Shown piece by piece: positions 46,633-61,402 of a stretch of 64,000 nucleotides of DNA. Below the pieces are notes generated by a model. It made no database searches. It was not told the DNA's origin and worked only from the letters and a program-made list of their open reading frames with translations. Within the stretch, counting starts at the first letter, position 1; the number at the start of each line of letters is the position of its first letter. The DNA comes from Macrostomum lignano (taxonomy: Eukaryota). The translations under genes were made by a program, and so were the position numbers. Location of the stretch: the NCBI GenBank assembly GCA_002269645.1, contig NIVC01000169.1:496001-560000 (forward strand). Direction: 5' to 3'.

Positions 46633-47451
46633 ACTTTTAATTTAAACTTGAAATCCAGATGAACCGACTAAATGATTGGAGGACCCATACAGGTCTATTG
46701 GCTGTGGAATTCCGGAAGTTCTGACTAAAATAAAAGCAAGAATGACACTCTGAACTCAGCCCAAAGCGGCTTCTGAGTCTTGACATGCATTTTTATTGCT
46801 ACATTTTGCTGGTTCGTGGTTTATATAAATAATCTATAGGTCGTATTTTTGTGCTAATTTAACGACTAAAAAGTCACCTACGACTAAAAAGTCACCTATG
46901 AGCAGTATGAATTCCGGAATATGTTTCTAAAAATTTCGCCTACTTTTATTGATCTTTTTTATCATGGTAATAATCTGAAAAAAAAGTGAATACCCCAACA
47001 ACCCGAAAGCAAAATAATCACCAAAAAAGGCAACAAAAAACCGAATTGATAAAGATCAAACTCATTGAATTTGAAACTCATGAAGTATTCATATTGATGA
47101 TGGTGTATTTATGATATAACTGCGCTACAAGAAGGTTTTGGGCAAATGGAGTCCATCATAACATTGTTGCATATGATATGATTGTAAGCAATAATTAGTT
47201 AACAAAGCAAAACGTGTAACAATGGTCAAAGATTTACATGCAAAGTATAATTTTAAAAAAATTTGCGTCACGAAATCTTCATTTTAGCTACTTAAACGAC
47301 AAGCCATGTACGAGTAAGCAATTCTTTTTGGCAGTGAATTTGGCAGTGACTTGAGTGAGGAATAACTGATAAATATGAGCTATTTTGCATTTCAAATCCA
47401 TCAATTTTTATTACTTATCAAGGATAGCTTAGGTTTACTAGACTGCAAAAG

Positions 47452-48120
47452 TGCACTCTCACACTGTACACAGTCACTCTGACTAGTCACTCTCACACTG
47501 TACACAGTCACTCCGACTAAGCACTCTCACACTGTAAACAGTCACTCTGACTAGTCACTCTCACACTGTACACAGTCACTCCGACTAAGCACTCTCACAC
47601 TGTAAACAGTCACTCTGACTAAGCACTCTCACACTGTAAACAGTCACTCTGACTAGTCACTCTCACACTGTAAACAGTCACTCCGACTAAGCACTCTCAC
47701 ACTGTAAACAGTCACTCTGACTAGTCACTCTCACACTGTAAACAGTCACTCTGACTAGTCACTCTCACACTGTAAACAGTCACTCTGACTAGTCACTATC
47801 ACACTGTAAACAGTCACTTTGACTAGTCACTCTCACACTGTAAACAGTCACTCCGACTAAGCACTCTCACACTGTAAACAGTCACTCTGACTAGTCACTC
47901 TCACACTGTAAACAGTCACTCTGACTAGTCACTCTCACACTGTAAACAGTCACTCTGACTAAGCACTCTCACACTGTAAATAGTCACTCTGACTAAGCAT
48001 TCTCACACTGAAAACAGTCACTCCGACTAAGCACTCTCACCCTGTACACAGTCACTCTGACTAAGCACTCTCACACTGTACAAGTCACTCTGACTAAGCA
48101 CTCTCACAGTCACTCTCACA
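47452..48120. repeat. 34-bp array (CACTCTCACACTGTAAACAGTCACTCTGACTAGT) directly after the bHLH stop
   Basis: Tandem copies. Confidence 0.95.
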
Positions 48121-48130
48121 GAAAACACAC

Positions 48131-50182
48131 TCAATCGGTCAGCGGCACGGCCAGCTCCTTGCGCTGGACCAGCTGCAGCAGGCTCTGATAATTAACGCTA
48201 GACTCCGTGTCGACGCCGCTATCAAACTCGTGCAGTACCTGCTGCAGCAGTTGAATGTACTCAATTGTGATTCGAAGTGTTTTCACCTTTGACAGACGCT
48301 TGTTGCGCTTCTCGTACGGGATGTACCTGCGGGGCAAGGGTTGGCGCAGTCTGTATATAAAGTTTTAAAAGGACGTCTTGAACTATATAGTTTATACGAG
48401 GTAATGTGTTTTTCTAGTCAATATTAATCGGAGCCATACAATATTGATAAGATTTTAAATTTATATTCATACTTATTCATCATTTAAAATAATTATAGGG
48501 AGAGAAAGAAATCTAGGTGGGTATCGGTTAATTCTGATTTTTACAACTTTATTCTATGGGGTATTCTCATTTCTCAAGGCGATTTTTGTAAGGGTATTCT
48601 TAGGGGTATTTTGGGGGTATTTATTCTTTGGGTATTTTTGATGGTATTCTAGTGGTATATTGGGGGTATTCTCGGGCGATTTTCAGGCGCATTCTTAGCG
48701 GAAATATTTAGCAAAGAGAGGGGTATTATGGGGACAATAAGGGATAGATAATATCGTAACTGTTATGGCTTCAGATCCAACAGAACAGCAAACAGAACAG
48801 CAAACAGAACAGAAAACAGAACAGCAAACAGAACAGAAAAAAACAGCAAACAGAACAGAAAAAAACAGAACAACAAACAGAACAGCAAACAGAACAACAA
48901 ACAGAACAGCAAACAGAACAGCAAACAGAACAGCAAACAGAACAGCAAACAGAACAACAAACAGAACAGCAAACAGAACAGCAAACAGAACAGCAAACAG
49001 AACAATAAACAGAACAGCAAACAGAACAGCAAACAGAACAACAAACAGAGCAGCAAACAGAACAGAAAACAGAACAGCAAACAGAACAGAAAAAAACAGA
49101 ACAACAAACAGAACAGCAAACAGAACAACAAACAGAACAGCAAACAGAACAGCAAACAGAACAGCAAACAGAACAGCAAACAGAACAGAAAAAAACAGAA
49201 CAACAAACAGAACAGCAAACAGAACAACAAACAGAACAGCAAACAGAACAGCAAACAGAACAGCAAACAGAACAACAAACAGAACAGCAAACAGAACAGC
49301 AAACAGAACAGCAAACAGAACAGCAAACAGAACAGCAAACAGAACAGCAAACAGAACAGCAAACAGAACAGCAAACAGAACAGAAAACAGAACAGCAAAC
49401 AGAACAGCAAACAGAACAGCAAACAGAACAGCTGAAAAGAAAACTCACTTCCTCAGCCTGGCAAACGCCGAGTTCACCGCTTCAACTCTGCGCCGCTCCC
49501 TGGCGTTCCTCTTCGCCACCATCAACGGCGTCTTCACTTTCGTCTCGCCGCCGCCGCCGCCGCTACCAGACCCTGGCGTCGCAGCCTCGCCGCCGCAAGG
49601 CGCGGAGGCCGACTTTGTCAGCTTTCGATTATTCCTGCCCGAGCAGCCGCCTGTAGCCGGGACGGTGGCCGAGGAGGCGGCGCAGGGGTATAAAGGAGGC
49701 GAAGCCCCGGTCAGCAGCGAGGAGGAGACACTTGACGTCGAGTCTGTCGGGAGCCGCGGCTGCTGCTGCTGGACCTCGTCGTCGTCCTCGGCTGTCCCGG
49801 CGGCCAGCAAGAAGCCACCACCGGAGCAGTCGGAGGCCTCGGCAGGGGAGGCCAGATAGGCCACTGGGCTGGACGAGTAGCCAGCTGAGCAGGTTGGCAA
49901 ACTGTTTGCGAAGATCGGCGGCTGCTGCTGCTGCTGGTACTGGAGCTGCTGGTACAGCTGGTGCTGTTCATCAAAGTCAGCCAACTGGTGCTGATACTGC
50001 TGGGGATGCTGCGGCAGCAGAAGCTCACCCTGATGATGAGGCACCTGACAGGTTGGCTGATTGATGTAGATAAAATCAGAGCCGGGCAGAGGCTGAGGCT
50101 GGCTATGCCAGTGCGGATAAACTCCGCTGTCACCGCAGCCGCTCAGATACAAAATTCCACATTTGCTGTCAACATCCGCCAT
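48131..50182 (-). CDS. Achaete-scute family bHLH transcription factor, 2 exons, 309 aa
   Basis: Exons 50182-49449 (AA|GTGAGT) and 48326-48131 join to give VAKRNARERRRVEAVNSAFARLRKYIPYEKRNKRLSKVKTLRITIEYIQLLQQVL. N-terminus is Q/S/G-rich. Exact paralogue not assignable. Confidence 0.9.
48775..49432. repeat. 12-bp array (AACAGCAAACAG) in the bHLH intron
   Basis: Tandem copies. Confidence 0.95.
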
Positions 50183-51234
50183 GCTGTGTTAACTTTTGCT
50201 GCTCTGCTAATAACTCACTGGGGGGGGATTAATGCTAGGGAGGGTGCTTGCAGTTTGTGCTGGCAGTTTTCTATCCGGGCAAGTTTGTCGCGGGTGCTGT
50301 CTCCGCCCGCGGGCCGGTCGCGCTGCTCTCATTGGTCCGCTGACTGGTGGCGGCGGGCCTGCAGCCACCCCCACCACCCCTCCCTGTCCCCCCGGCTCAA
50401 GTCATCAAGGAGTTGGAAAATCCAGTCAACACTTGGACTGGAGACCGCCAGTTCTATCTGTCTACTTAAGTTTATTAAGTCCATTTTTCCAAGTGGTTGG
50501 GGTCAGATGACTCCCGTTTTGACCCCCCTCCCCTAGATCTAAGGGTCATGGCGACCCCGTTGTTGACTTCTGAAGTTGTGTATTCAACCAAAAAGCAATG
50601 AGATACTTAGTGTCTTAGCCCATCAACTATAATAAATAATAATAATAATAATATTTCTTTTGTAGAGTTCATTTCGTCTGTTAACTTCATCATTTCTCTT
50701 ACGTTTACGTTTAAAAAGCTTATAAACTGTGTTTCTATCAATATTTTCTGTTTTCGAATATTTTAGCTTTCGAACTTCATGAATTTTCCGATTGGCCTGC
50801 AAGGGCAGCGATCGGGCAGAGGGGGCCGGCCACAAGCAATGGGAGAAAAATCACCTGCTCCTTTCTTTTTCACTCGTGCCTGACTTGCTTCCTTTTTTCT
50901 AACTGCCGAGTGCTGCTGCAGAACTCAGTTGCTTATAACTCAACCGAGTCCACTCACTGTCTTCTATAAGCACCCACTCCCAGTTCTCAACCAAGGAAAT
51001 AATTTTGTTATATTGACTGGAAGATCATTGGGTCCTGATACGATCTTGCTATACTGGCCACGTCTTGAATATAGAATTCAAATTTATTCTATGCATAGTT
51101 TATATTAGCTATGCACAGCCAAGTTTGTTTTAAACAATAAATGACAGACTTTAAACTACAGCAGCGGCAGAGGCTTAAATTTATACCTTTAAACGCTGCA
51201 AACTAGAGGGGAGTGAATAGAGAGGGAATAGGGG

Positions 51235-51535
51235 GGGAGCTGATGGAGAATTGATAGTTGATGGGGGAGAGTTGATGGGGGAGAGTTGATGGGGGAGACT
51301 TGATGGGGGGAGACTTGATGGGGCAGACTTGATGGGGGAGAGTTGATGGGGGAGACTTGATGGGGGAGAGTTGATGGGGAGAGTTGATGAGGGAGAGTTG
51401 ATGGGGGAGAGTTGATGGGGGAGAGTTGATGAGGGAGAGTTGATGAGGGAGAGTTTATGGGGGGAGTTGATGGGACAGACTTGATGGGGGAGAGTTGATG
51501 GGGGAGAGTTGATGGCGAGGTTAATGGGGGAGGTT
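51235..51535. repeat. About 14-bp G-rich array (GGGGGAGAGTTGAT)
   Basis: Tandem variants. Confidence 0.9.
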
Positions 51536-51861
51536 AGTGGGCCTGAAGGATGGAGTTGAAAGGGATCGACAGCGACTAGAGGTGAATGAGTTAGGAGGCT
51601 GGTTTTGGAAGCATGCAATGGTACTCATAAGCGTGACCAATACAAGCTACCAACCAACAATATAGGTAAAGTAGCACTAATAGAACATAACAATCGTAAC
51701 ACGAATGAACTATAATAACAGCTGTAAAACACTCACACCCACAAGGTCTCACACAGCCCAGTGTGAACAAATAGGAGAAAAGCGGGATGTAAAGGATAAG
51801 AGCTCACTTCTTATGCTCCATAGCAGCGCTGTCTCGCTGGTCTATGACGCAAAATCAATAA

Positions 51862-52268
51862 CCACTGTGTCTTTAGATGGGCGCCACTGTGTCTTTAGAT
51901 GGGCGCTATTGTGCCTTTAGATGGGCGCCACTGTCTCTTTAGATGGGCGCCACTGTGTCTTTAGATGGGCGCCACTGTGTCTTTAGATGGGCGCCACTGT
52001 GTCTTTAGATGGGCGCCACTGTCTCTTTAGATGGGCGCCACTGTGTCTTTAGATGGGCGCCACTGTGTCTTTAGATGGGCGCCACTGTCTCTTTAGATGG
52101 GCGCCACTGTCTCTTTAGATGGGCGCCACTGTCTCTTTAGATGGGCGCCACTGTGTCTTTAGATGGGCGCCACTGTGTCTTTAGATGGGCGCCACTGTCT
52201 CTTTAGATGGGCGCCACTGTCTCTTTAGATGGGCGCCACTGTCTCTTTAGACGGGCGCCACTGTGTCT
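51862..52268. repeat. 22-bp array (GGGCGCCACTGTGTCTTTAGAT)
   Basis: Tandem copies. Confidence 0.95.
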
Positions 52269-53164
52269 TAAGCCGGTGATGCCAACGTCCAAGCGGGAGG
52301 CAAAATTTGAGCTTCTGTCATTCGTCGGCTGCCTCTTCTAGTTTTTGAATGAGAGTAAATTTTATGAAGGCGGCCCCACGGCACCGTTGTTATACTTTCG
52401 GATGTTGAAGATATCCGTGTCTTGTGTTGTCCGCCCAGATAGTACAAGTACTTTCTGATCCCCCTCCAGATATTCCAAGCATCTTTAAGCATCCGGTCCG
52501 GATATCTCAAGCTACTTTGCGTTCTCCGGGGTCCTTTCCCCGGAAGTCACAAGCAGGTTTAAATATCCGGCCGAAGAACTAAGGTTTGCTTTGCGATATC
52601 CGGATTGTGAAGTCCGGGTCAAAGAACGATTTGTCAGTTGAATATTTTCAAAGCAAAGAAGCAATAAATACCAAATTGTCAAAAATTTCAAGAAACAATT
52701 GTTGTTTTGTATTTTTACGAGCGTAATGAATTAGTTAAATTAGGAGCGTAGTTAGTTAGCAGTTATTAGTATTTAGTTTAATTAATTTGTTAGTTCAATT
52801 AGTTAAAGTCAACAGAATATTGGGGAAGCACTTCTACTACGAGTAGATTGCCAGGTTTGATTGTTTCCGCACTTTTGGCAATCCTTTGACATTAATTAAA
52901 TAGCTTTTTAAATACACTGAGCATCAGAGACAATGAGTTATGCATTGCGCAATTACACTGACAATTTAGCTAGATCTCACGCTGCAAAGTACACAGCTGT
53001 TCGTATATAAGGCCGTGTGAGTCCCCGCACATGCAACCTATAATTATTTGGCAGAGTTTTAGCCCGAGGCTGCACACCGCTCATGTACATTTTTACCCCC
53101 GGAGATCTCAAATCAGGGAAAACGCAAGGCACGACTTATGTTATGCCTTGCGTTGTCCGGGACT

Positions 53165-53545
53165 GTAGATCGCAAAGCAGAGTCACATTTGTCTTGCGAT
53201 CCCCGGCCGGAGACTGCAAGCGCGCGGAGATCGCAAAGCAGAGTCACATTTGTCTTGCGATCTCCGGCCGGAGATTGCAAGCGCGCGGAGATTGCAAAGC
53301 AGAGTCACATTTGTCTTGCGATCTCCGGCCGGAGACTGCAAGCGCGCGGAGATCGCAAAGCAGAGTCACATTTGTCTTGCGATCTCCGGCCGGAGACTGC
53401 AAGCGCACGGAGATCGCAAAGCAGAGTCACATTTGTCTTGCGATCTCCGGCCGGAGACTGCAAGCGCACGGAGATCGCAAAGCAGAGTCACATTTGTCTT
53501 GCGATCTCCGGCCGGAGACTGCAAGCGCGCGGAGATCGCAAAGCC
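53165..53545. repeat. 61-bp self-complementary array, about 6 copies
   Basis: Period 61 (53227 to 53288). Unit GAGATCGCAAAGCAGAGTCACATTTGTCTTGCGATCTCCGGCCGGAGACTGCAAGCGCGCG. Confidence 0.93.
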
Positions 53546-53739
53546 TAACACCGGCCCTCTGCGCACGCCACAGAGGCATGGATGGAATGTTTGACCCTCT
53601 TTAAAATTCAAAGCTAAGTGACGCGAGGTTTTGTCTATGGTCGGAACCAAAGAAGGGTTATAAGTGGATCCAGTCATTTGTTTTCATTATTTAGCATTCA
53701 GTGTCAATCTTGAATAATCATTCTCAAGCCTGCAAAAGT

Positions 53740-56700
53740 ATGAGAGCTCAGCGCAATAAATTTCTGCAGCGGCTAGAGAAACGGCTCACCCTGACTGAGC
53801 AGCGACAGAACAGCGGCGAAGGCGGCGGCGGCGGCAACAGTAGCAGCAGCAAGGAGGCCACGTCACAGGCCGTCAGCGCCAGGCCATCCCTGACGCAGTC
53901 CATCGATCCGAACCGCATTCCAGACGAGCCGTGGCTGGAAAATAATTGGGAAATTAATCCCGAAGCCTACGAGAATCTGTGCCGTCTGTATAGTGATTAT
54001 TTTCACAGAATTCACGGCGGGGTGATAATGAAAGATCAAACCAAGAAGGTGCTGATTGATCTGGCTATTTGCCAACTGAACTCCTTTGTTGCTATCGACG
54101 CACTGTTGGATAGGAAGCTGCTTTTGGTGCTGGTGAACAGCCATGTTCAGGTGAGGCAGTGGCAGTGGCCAGTGACATTGGGGCAGTGACATTGGGGCAG
54201 TGACATTGGGGCAGTGAAATTGGGATAGTGAAATTGGGGTAGTGACATTGGGGCAGTGACATTGGGGCAGTGAAATTGGGGCAGTGAAATTGAGCCAGTG
54301 ACATTGGGGCAGTTAAATTGGGGCAGTGAAATTGGGGCAGTTAAATTGGGGTAGTGACATTGGGGCAGTGAAATTGGGGCAGTGACATTGGGGCAATGAA
54401 ATTGGGATAGTGAAATTGGGGTAGTGACATTGGGGCAGTGACATTGGGGCAGTTAAATTGGGGCAGTGAAATTGGGGCAGTTAAATTGGGGTAGTGACAT
54501 TGGGGCAGTGACATTGGGGCAGTGACATTGGGGCAGTGACATTGGGGCAGTGACATTCGGGCAGTTAAATTGGGGCAGTGAAATTGGGGCAGTTAAATTG
54601 GGGTAGTGACATTGGGGCAGTGACATTGGGGCAGTGACATTGGGGCAGTGACATTGGGGCAGTGAAATTGGGATAGTGAAATTGGGGTAGTGACATTGGG
54701 GCAGTGACATTGGGGCAGTTAAATTGGGGCAGTGAAATTGGGGCAGTTAAATTGGGGTAGTGACATTGGGGCAGTGACATTGGGGCAGTTAAATTGGGGC
54801 AGTGACATTGGGGCAGTGACATTGGGGCAGTGACATTGGGGCAGTGAAATTGGGGTAGTGAAATTGGGGTAGTGACATTGGGGCAGTAACATTGGGGCAG
54901 TGAAATTGGGGTAGTGAAATTGGGGCAGTTAAATTGGGGTAGTGACATTGGGGCAGTGAAATTGGGGCAGTTAAATTGGGGCAGTAACTTAGTAACCAAA
55001 TATTAAATACAATATCCCAGTTAAGATTTATTATTATTAAATTCTCTCTAAAATTGTAATCAATGTTTAGAGAATCGGCAAACTAAATTTCAATATCTAA
55101 ACATTTTTCAGGTCCATTATCTAGTAGTATTTTAAGCGCATAAGTATACACATATGTATTTATTTATTTTTGTACACACAGAGCAACGACCGGTACATCA
55201 GCATCAAGGAGTTCATCCGGCTGATGTTCTTTCTGTCTTACGCCTCCAAAGAGCAGCTGGAGGAGACGGTCTTCAGGATTGTCAGCGACGGCGAGGACAG
55301 AGTTAGCGTTGGCCAGCTGATACAGATGCACTGCTTCCGAATGCAGCGGCCGATGTCCTGCCATCTCATCAATCTGATCAGCGAGTGCGACAGGTCCGGG
55401 TCCGGCCTGCTTGACGTGTACGACTTCAGGTAAGAATTGCTTTATGGCAGTAATTATTGCAGTCCCTGACATCCCTGACGGAGTCAATATGCAACTGTTA
55501 ATGCATCACTGAATCTTGTAATCCATGAATCTTGTAATCAATGAATCTTGTAACCACTGAATCTTGTAATCCATGAATCCTGTAATCAATGCATCTTGTA
55601 ATCAATGCATCTTGTAATCAATGAATCTTCTAATCAATGAATCTTGTAACCACTGAATCTTGTAATCCATGAATCCTGTAATCAATGCATCTTGTAATCA
55701 ATGCATCTTGTAATCAATGAATCTTCTAATCAATGAATCTTCTAATCAATGAATCTTGTAACCACTGAATCTTGTAATCCATGAATCCTGTAATCCATGA
55801 ATCTTGTAATCAATGAATCTTGTAATCAATGCATCTTGTAATCAATGAATCTTGTAACCACTGAATCTTGTAATCCATGAATCCTGTAATCAATGAATCT
55901 TGTAATCAATGCATCTTGTGAATCACTCAATCTTGTAATCCATGAATCTTGTAATCAACTAATCTTGTAAATCACTGAATCTTGTAATCAATGAATCTTG
56001 TAATCAACTAATCTTGTAAATCACTGAATCTTGTAATCAATGAATCTTGTAATCAATGCATCTTGTAATCAATGCATCTTGTAATCAATGCATCTTGTAA
56101 ACCACTGAATCTTGTAATCAATGCATCTTGTAATCACTGAATCTTGTAATCACTGAATCTTGTAATCAATGAATCTTGTAATCAATGCATCTTGTAATCA
56201 CTGAATCTTGTAATCACTGAATCTTGTAATCAATGAATCTTGTAATCAATGCATCTTGTAAATCACTGAATCTTGTAATCAATGAATCTTGTAACCAATT
56301 TATCTTTTAAATCAGACATCAGCATCGAGATAATTTGATCTTTCCTTTTTAATCAAAGAACCTTGGTTACTGCAAATCCAGTTCTTTAAGAAAACATTTA
56401 GAAGAACCTGATCACCCACAGACTGCTCATAGCCAAGCTGCAGCAGATGGAGCAGCTCGAGTGCACGCAGGCCCAGCCTCCGATGGAGCGCGAGCGCGAG
56501 AAGATGGACGAAGCCCTGCTGGAGGCGAGCGACCTGCAGTCCTGGTCCTGGGACATCGCAGTGCCTCATCTTCGCATGAGTTCTCAGCTCAGAAGCCTGG
56601 CTCACTGCCGCTCTCTACTGGAGCAGCATCCGGCCCTCGGAGAGGCATTGTCCCGGCTGGCCTGGGAGTGTGAGCGGATTCGAGCTTGGGGAGATTCGAG

Positions 56701-57372
56701 CTTGGGGAGATTCGAGTTTGAGAAGATACGAGTTTGGAAAGATTCGATCGAGCTTGGGGAGATTCGAGCTTGGGGAGATTCGAGTTTGGGGAGATTCGAG
56801 CTTGGGAAGATTCCAGCTAGGGAAGATTCGAGTTTGGGAAGATTCGAGCTAGGGGAGTTTTTTCGTCTTCGGGAAGATATTCGAGCTTGGGAAGATTCGA
56901 GTTTGGGAAGATCTGAGCTTGTGGAGTTTACACGTAGAGTTCCGGAAGATTCGAGTTCGGGAAGATTCGAGCTCCGGAAGATTCGAGTTCGGGAAGATTC
57001 GAGTTCGGGAGGATTCGAGTTCAGGAAGATTCGAGCTTGGGGAGATTCAAGCTTGTGGAGTTTAGAGTTTGGGAAGAGTCGAGTTTGGGAAGATTTGAGC
57101 TTGGGGAGTTTACATGTAGAGTTCAGGAAGATTCGAGCTTGGGAAGATTCGAGTTTGGGAATATTCGAGCTTGGGGAGATTCAAGCCTTAACATCCGCTT
57201 CACAGATCCCGAGATGCTGTCGGCTTCGTTCGTTAAGAGCGCCATCAAGCACTGCTTCGAGCAGGGGACCCCGCCGCAACAATCAACAGCCTCCAGCAGC
57301 GATGACGACCGCGACGACATGCATGACGCCGGCGAGGGCCCCCTCGATGGAGAGAATTTTTCTGAAATCTAG
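53740..57372 (+). CDS. EF-hand protein (NCS/calcineurin-B/calaxin-like layout, degenerate loops), 4 exons, 357 aa
   Basis: Exons 53740-54150, 55182-55429, 56422-56669 and 57206-57372, phases 0,2,1, stop TAG. ISIKEFIRLMFFL..SKEQLEETVFRIV..GEDRVSVGQL..LISECDRSGSGLLDVYDF follows the NCS-type spacing. Confidence 0.75.
54172..54987. repeat. 14-bp array (GTGACATTGGGGCA), EF-hand gene intron 1
   Basis: Tandem variants. Confidence 0.95.
55505..56297. repeat. 16-bp array (AATCTTGTAATCAATG), EF-hand gene intron 2
   Basis: Tandem variants. Confidence 0.95.
56678..57190. repeat. 16-bp array (GATTCGAGCTTGGGGA), EF-hand gene intron 3
   Basis: Tandem variants fill the intron. Confidence 0.9.
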
Positions 57373-57687
57373 TAGCAAAAAATGCGCCCTAATTTTGTAC
57401 TACTTCTCATGAGTAGTATGCGTTTTCTAACGCTTATAACTATAAAAACATGGACAATTATCTATTCAAATCCACCAATAATACAGTTGAAAATGCGTTT
57501 TCTGGATCTCTGATTGATTGTTCATCTCTGACGACTCAATCTGAATAAATTGGCTTGGAATACAGCCAAAACACAATAGACCTTTCTAAGAGTATATATA
57601 TTGCAGATCGTGCTGTACTTTATAGGGACTTCAAACTCCCGGGAGTTTTAATGTAATTAATTCTCTTACATTTGTGTAGATTGATTG

Positions 57688-58290
57688 AGGGGCGATTCTC
57701 TAAGGGAAAGGGTGGCTGGAAGGGCGATTCTCTAAGGGAAAGGGTGGCTGGAAGGGCGATTCTCTAAGAAAAAGGGTGGCTGGAGGGGCGATTCTCTAAG
57801 GGAAAGGGTGGCTGGAAGGGTGATTCTCTAAGGGAAAGGGTGACTGGAGGGGCGATTCTCTAAGGGAAAGGGTGGCTGGAAGGGCGATTCTCTAAGGGAA
57901 AGGGTGGCTGGAAGGGCGATTCTCTAAGAAAAAGGGTGGCTGGAGGGGCGATTCTCTAAGGGAAAGGGTGGCTGGAGGGGCGATTCTCTAAGGGAAAGGG
58001 TGGCTGGAGGGGCGATTCTCTAAGGGAAAGGGTGGCTGGAGGGGCGATTCTCTAAGGGAAAGGGTGGATAGAGGGCGATTCTCAAAGGGAAAGGGTGGCT
58101 GGAGGGGCGATTCTCTAAGGGAAAGGGTGGATAGAGGGCGATTCTCTATGGAAAAGGATGGATGAGGGCGATTCTCTATGGAAAAGGATGGATGAGGGCG
58201 ATTCTCTATGGAAAAGGATGGATGAGGGCGATTCTCTAAGGGGAAGGGTGGATAGAGGCAATTCTCTAAGGGAAAGGGTGGATAGAGGGG
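57688..58290. repeat. About 32-bp array (GGGCGATTCTCTAAGGGAAAGGGTGGCTGGAG)
   Basis: Tandem copies. Confidence 0.95.
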
Positions 58291-59250
58291 CGAGTCTCAG
58301 GCGAGACTACTGATTAAAATAACTGCAACACGAAGGCTGAGTTCTCATTCTGCATTGCAGATCAAGCAGCATTAGTTTATATTACAGCAAGGCTGATTGC
58401 ACTCTCTATTCTTTTATTAAAGTGAAACTTACTACTTATTTACTAGTAAGTAGCAGAGGTGAGCTGCCTACTTGAAACAAAAATAAATAGCTTACCAATC
58501 GCTTACAAGAAACAATGGATAACTGCGGTAGAAGGAAGCTACACTCGACTTTCTTAAAAATAAGCTGTAACCTGCAAGCCCGCAAAGAACGAATATCTGC
58601 CGTATCACCAGTGCATTAACTGTGAATTAGGTTTTACCATAGACAAATTCAGTCGAGAAGAATCTAGACTAAACGCACTGGCGACACGAGAAATATCCGT
58701 CCCTTACCGACCTCCAGATCGTTTCTTAGCAAGTCGAGTGTAGCGACCTTCTACTTCAGATCTCCACGGGAGGAGATAACGGCCAGATAAAGGAAGGAAC
58801 ACACGGAATATTTGAACCATTTAGTGAGCACAGAATCGCACACACAGAATTTGAAAGCCAGACTTGAATACAACAATGCTTAAATAAAAATTCAAGTAAG
58901 AGGGGGCCCAACACTTCGAATCCCGTGGGGAAAAGTTATTTGACAGCCGCTTCGAGATGGATTATCAGATAGACAGATGCAACTGTTTGTACTTTTCAAG
59001 CCGTTATCTTTTCTGCTTAAAGAACACTCCAAAAAAAGTTTTGCCTACTGATAGTAGCATAAAAATACAAACGACACATTTTTACATTCAAAATGGTTAA
59101 ACAAAGTGAATACAACATACACAGAACGCATCGCGGGACAAAGTAATCTTAGCAGTTGAGCTTCTTACTTACAAAAATTAGAATAAAAATTAGACCAGAT
59201 GGTATTCAAAGAGTCTGAGAGCCGATAGAGCTCACAGGGAAGATTATTCA

Positions 59251-61027
<1,777 letters not shown>

Positions 61028-61031
61028 CAGC

Positions 61032-61402
61032 TTAAACTTCACAATCCCAAGCTTCACAATCCCCAAGCTTCACAATCCCCAAGCTTCACAATCCCCAAGC
61101 TTCCCAATTCCCAAGCTTCACAATCCCCAAGCTTTAAAATCCCCAAACTTCACAATCCCCAAGCTTCACAATCCCCAAGCTTCCCAATTCCCAAGCTTCA
61201 CAATCCCCAAGCTTTAAAATCCCCAAACTTCACAATCCCCAAGTTTCACAATCCCCAAGCTTCCCAATTCCCAAGCTTCACAATCCCCAAGCTTTAAAAT
61301 CCCCAAACTTCACAATCCCCAAGCTTCCCAATTCCCAAGCTTCACAATCCCCCAAGCTTCACAATCCCCAAGCTTCACAATCCCCAAACTTCGGAATCCC
61401 TA
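61032..61402. repeat. 16-bp array (TCCCCAAGCTTCACAA) abutting SINE copy 2
   Basis: Tandem variants. Confidence 0.93.

Noticed and set aside
56316-56421. Earlier acceptor for EF-hand exon 3 (ATCAG|ACATCAGC)
   Set aside because: In-phase reading stops at TAA after 12 codons; the acceptor at 56421 keeps the frame.
6121-57372. A coordinated microtubule/cilia gene cluster (DCTN6, kinesin-13-tail protein, KIF28, EF-hand)
   Set aside because: Suggestive, but two assignments are tentative and adjacency alone is not evidence without synteny or co-expression data.
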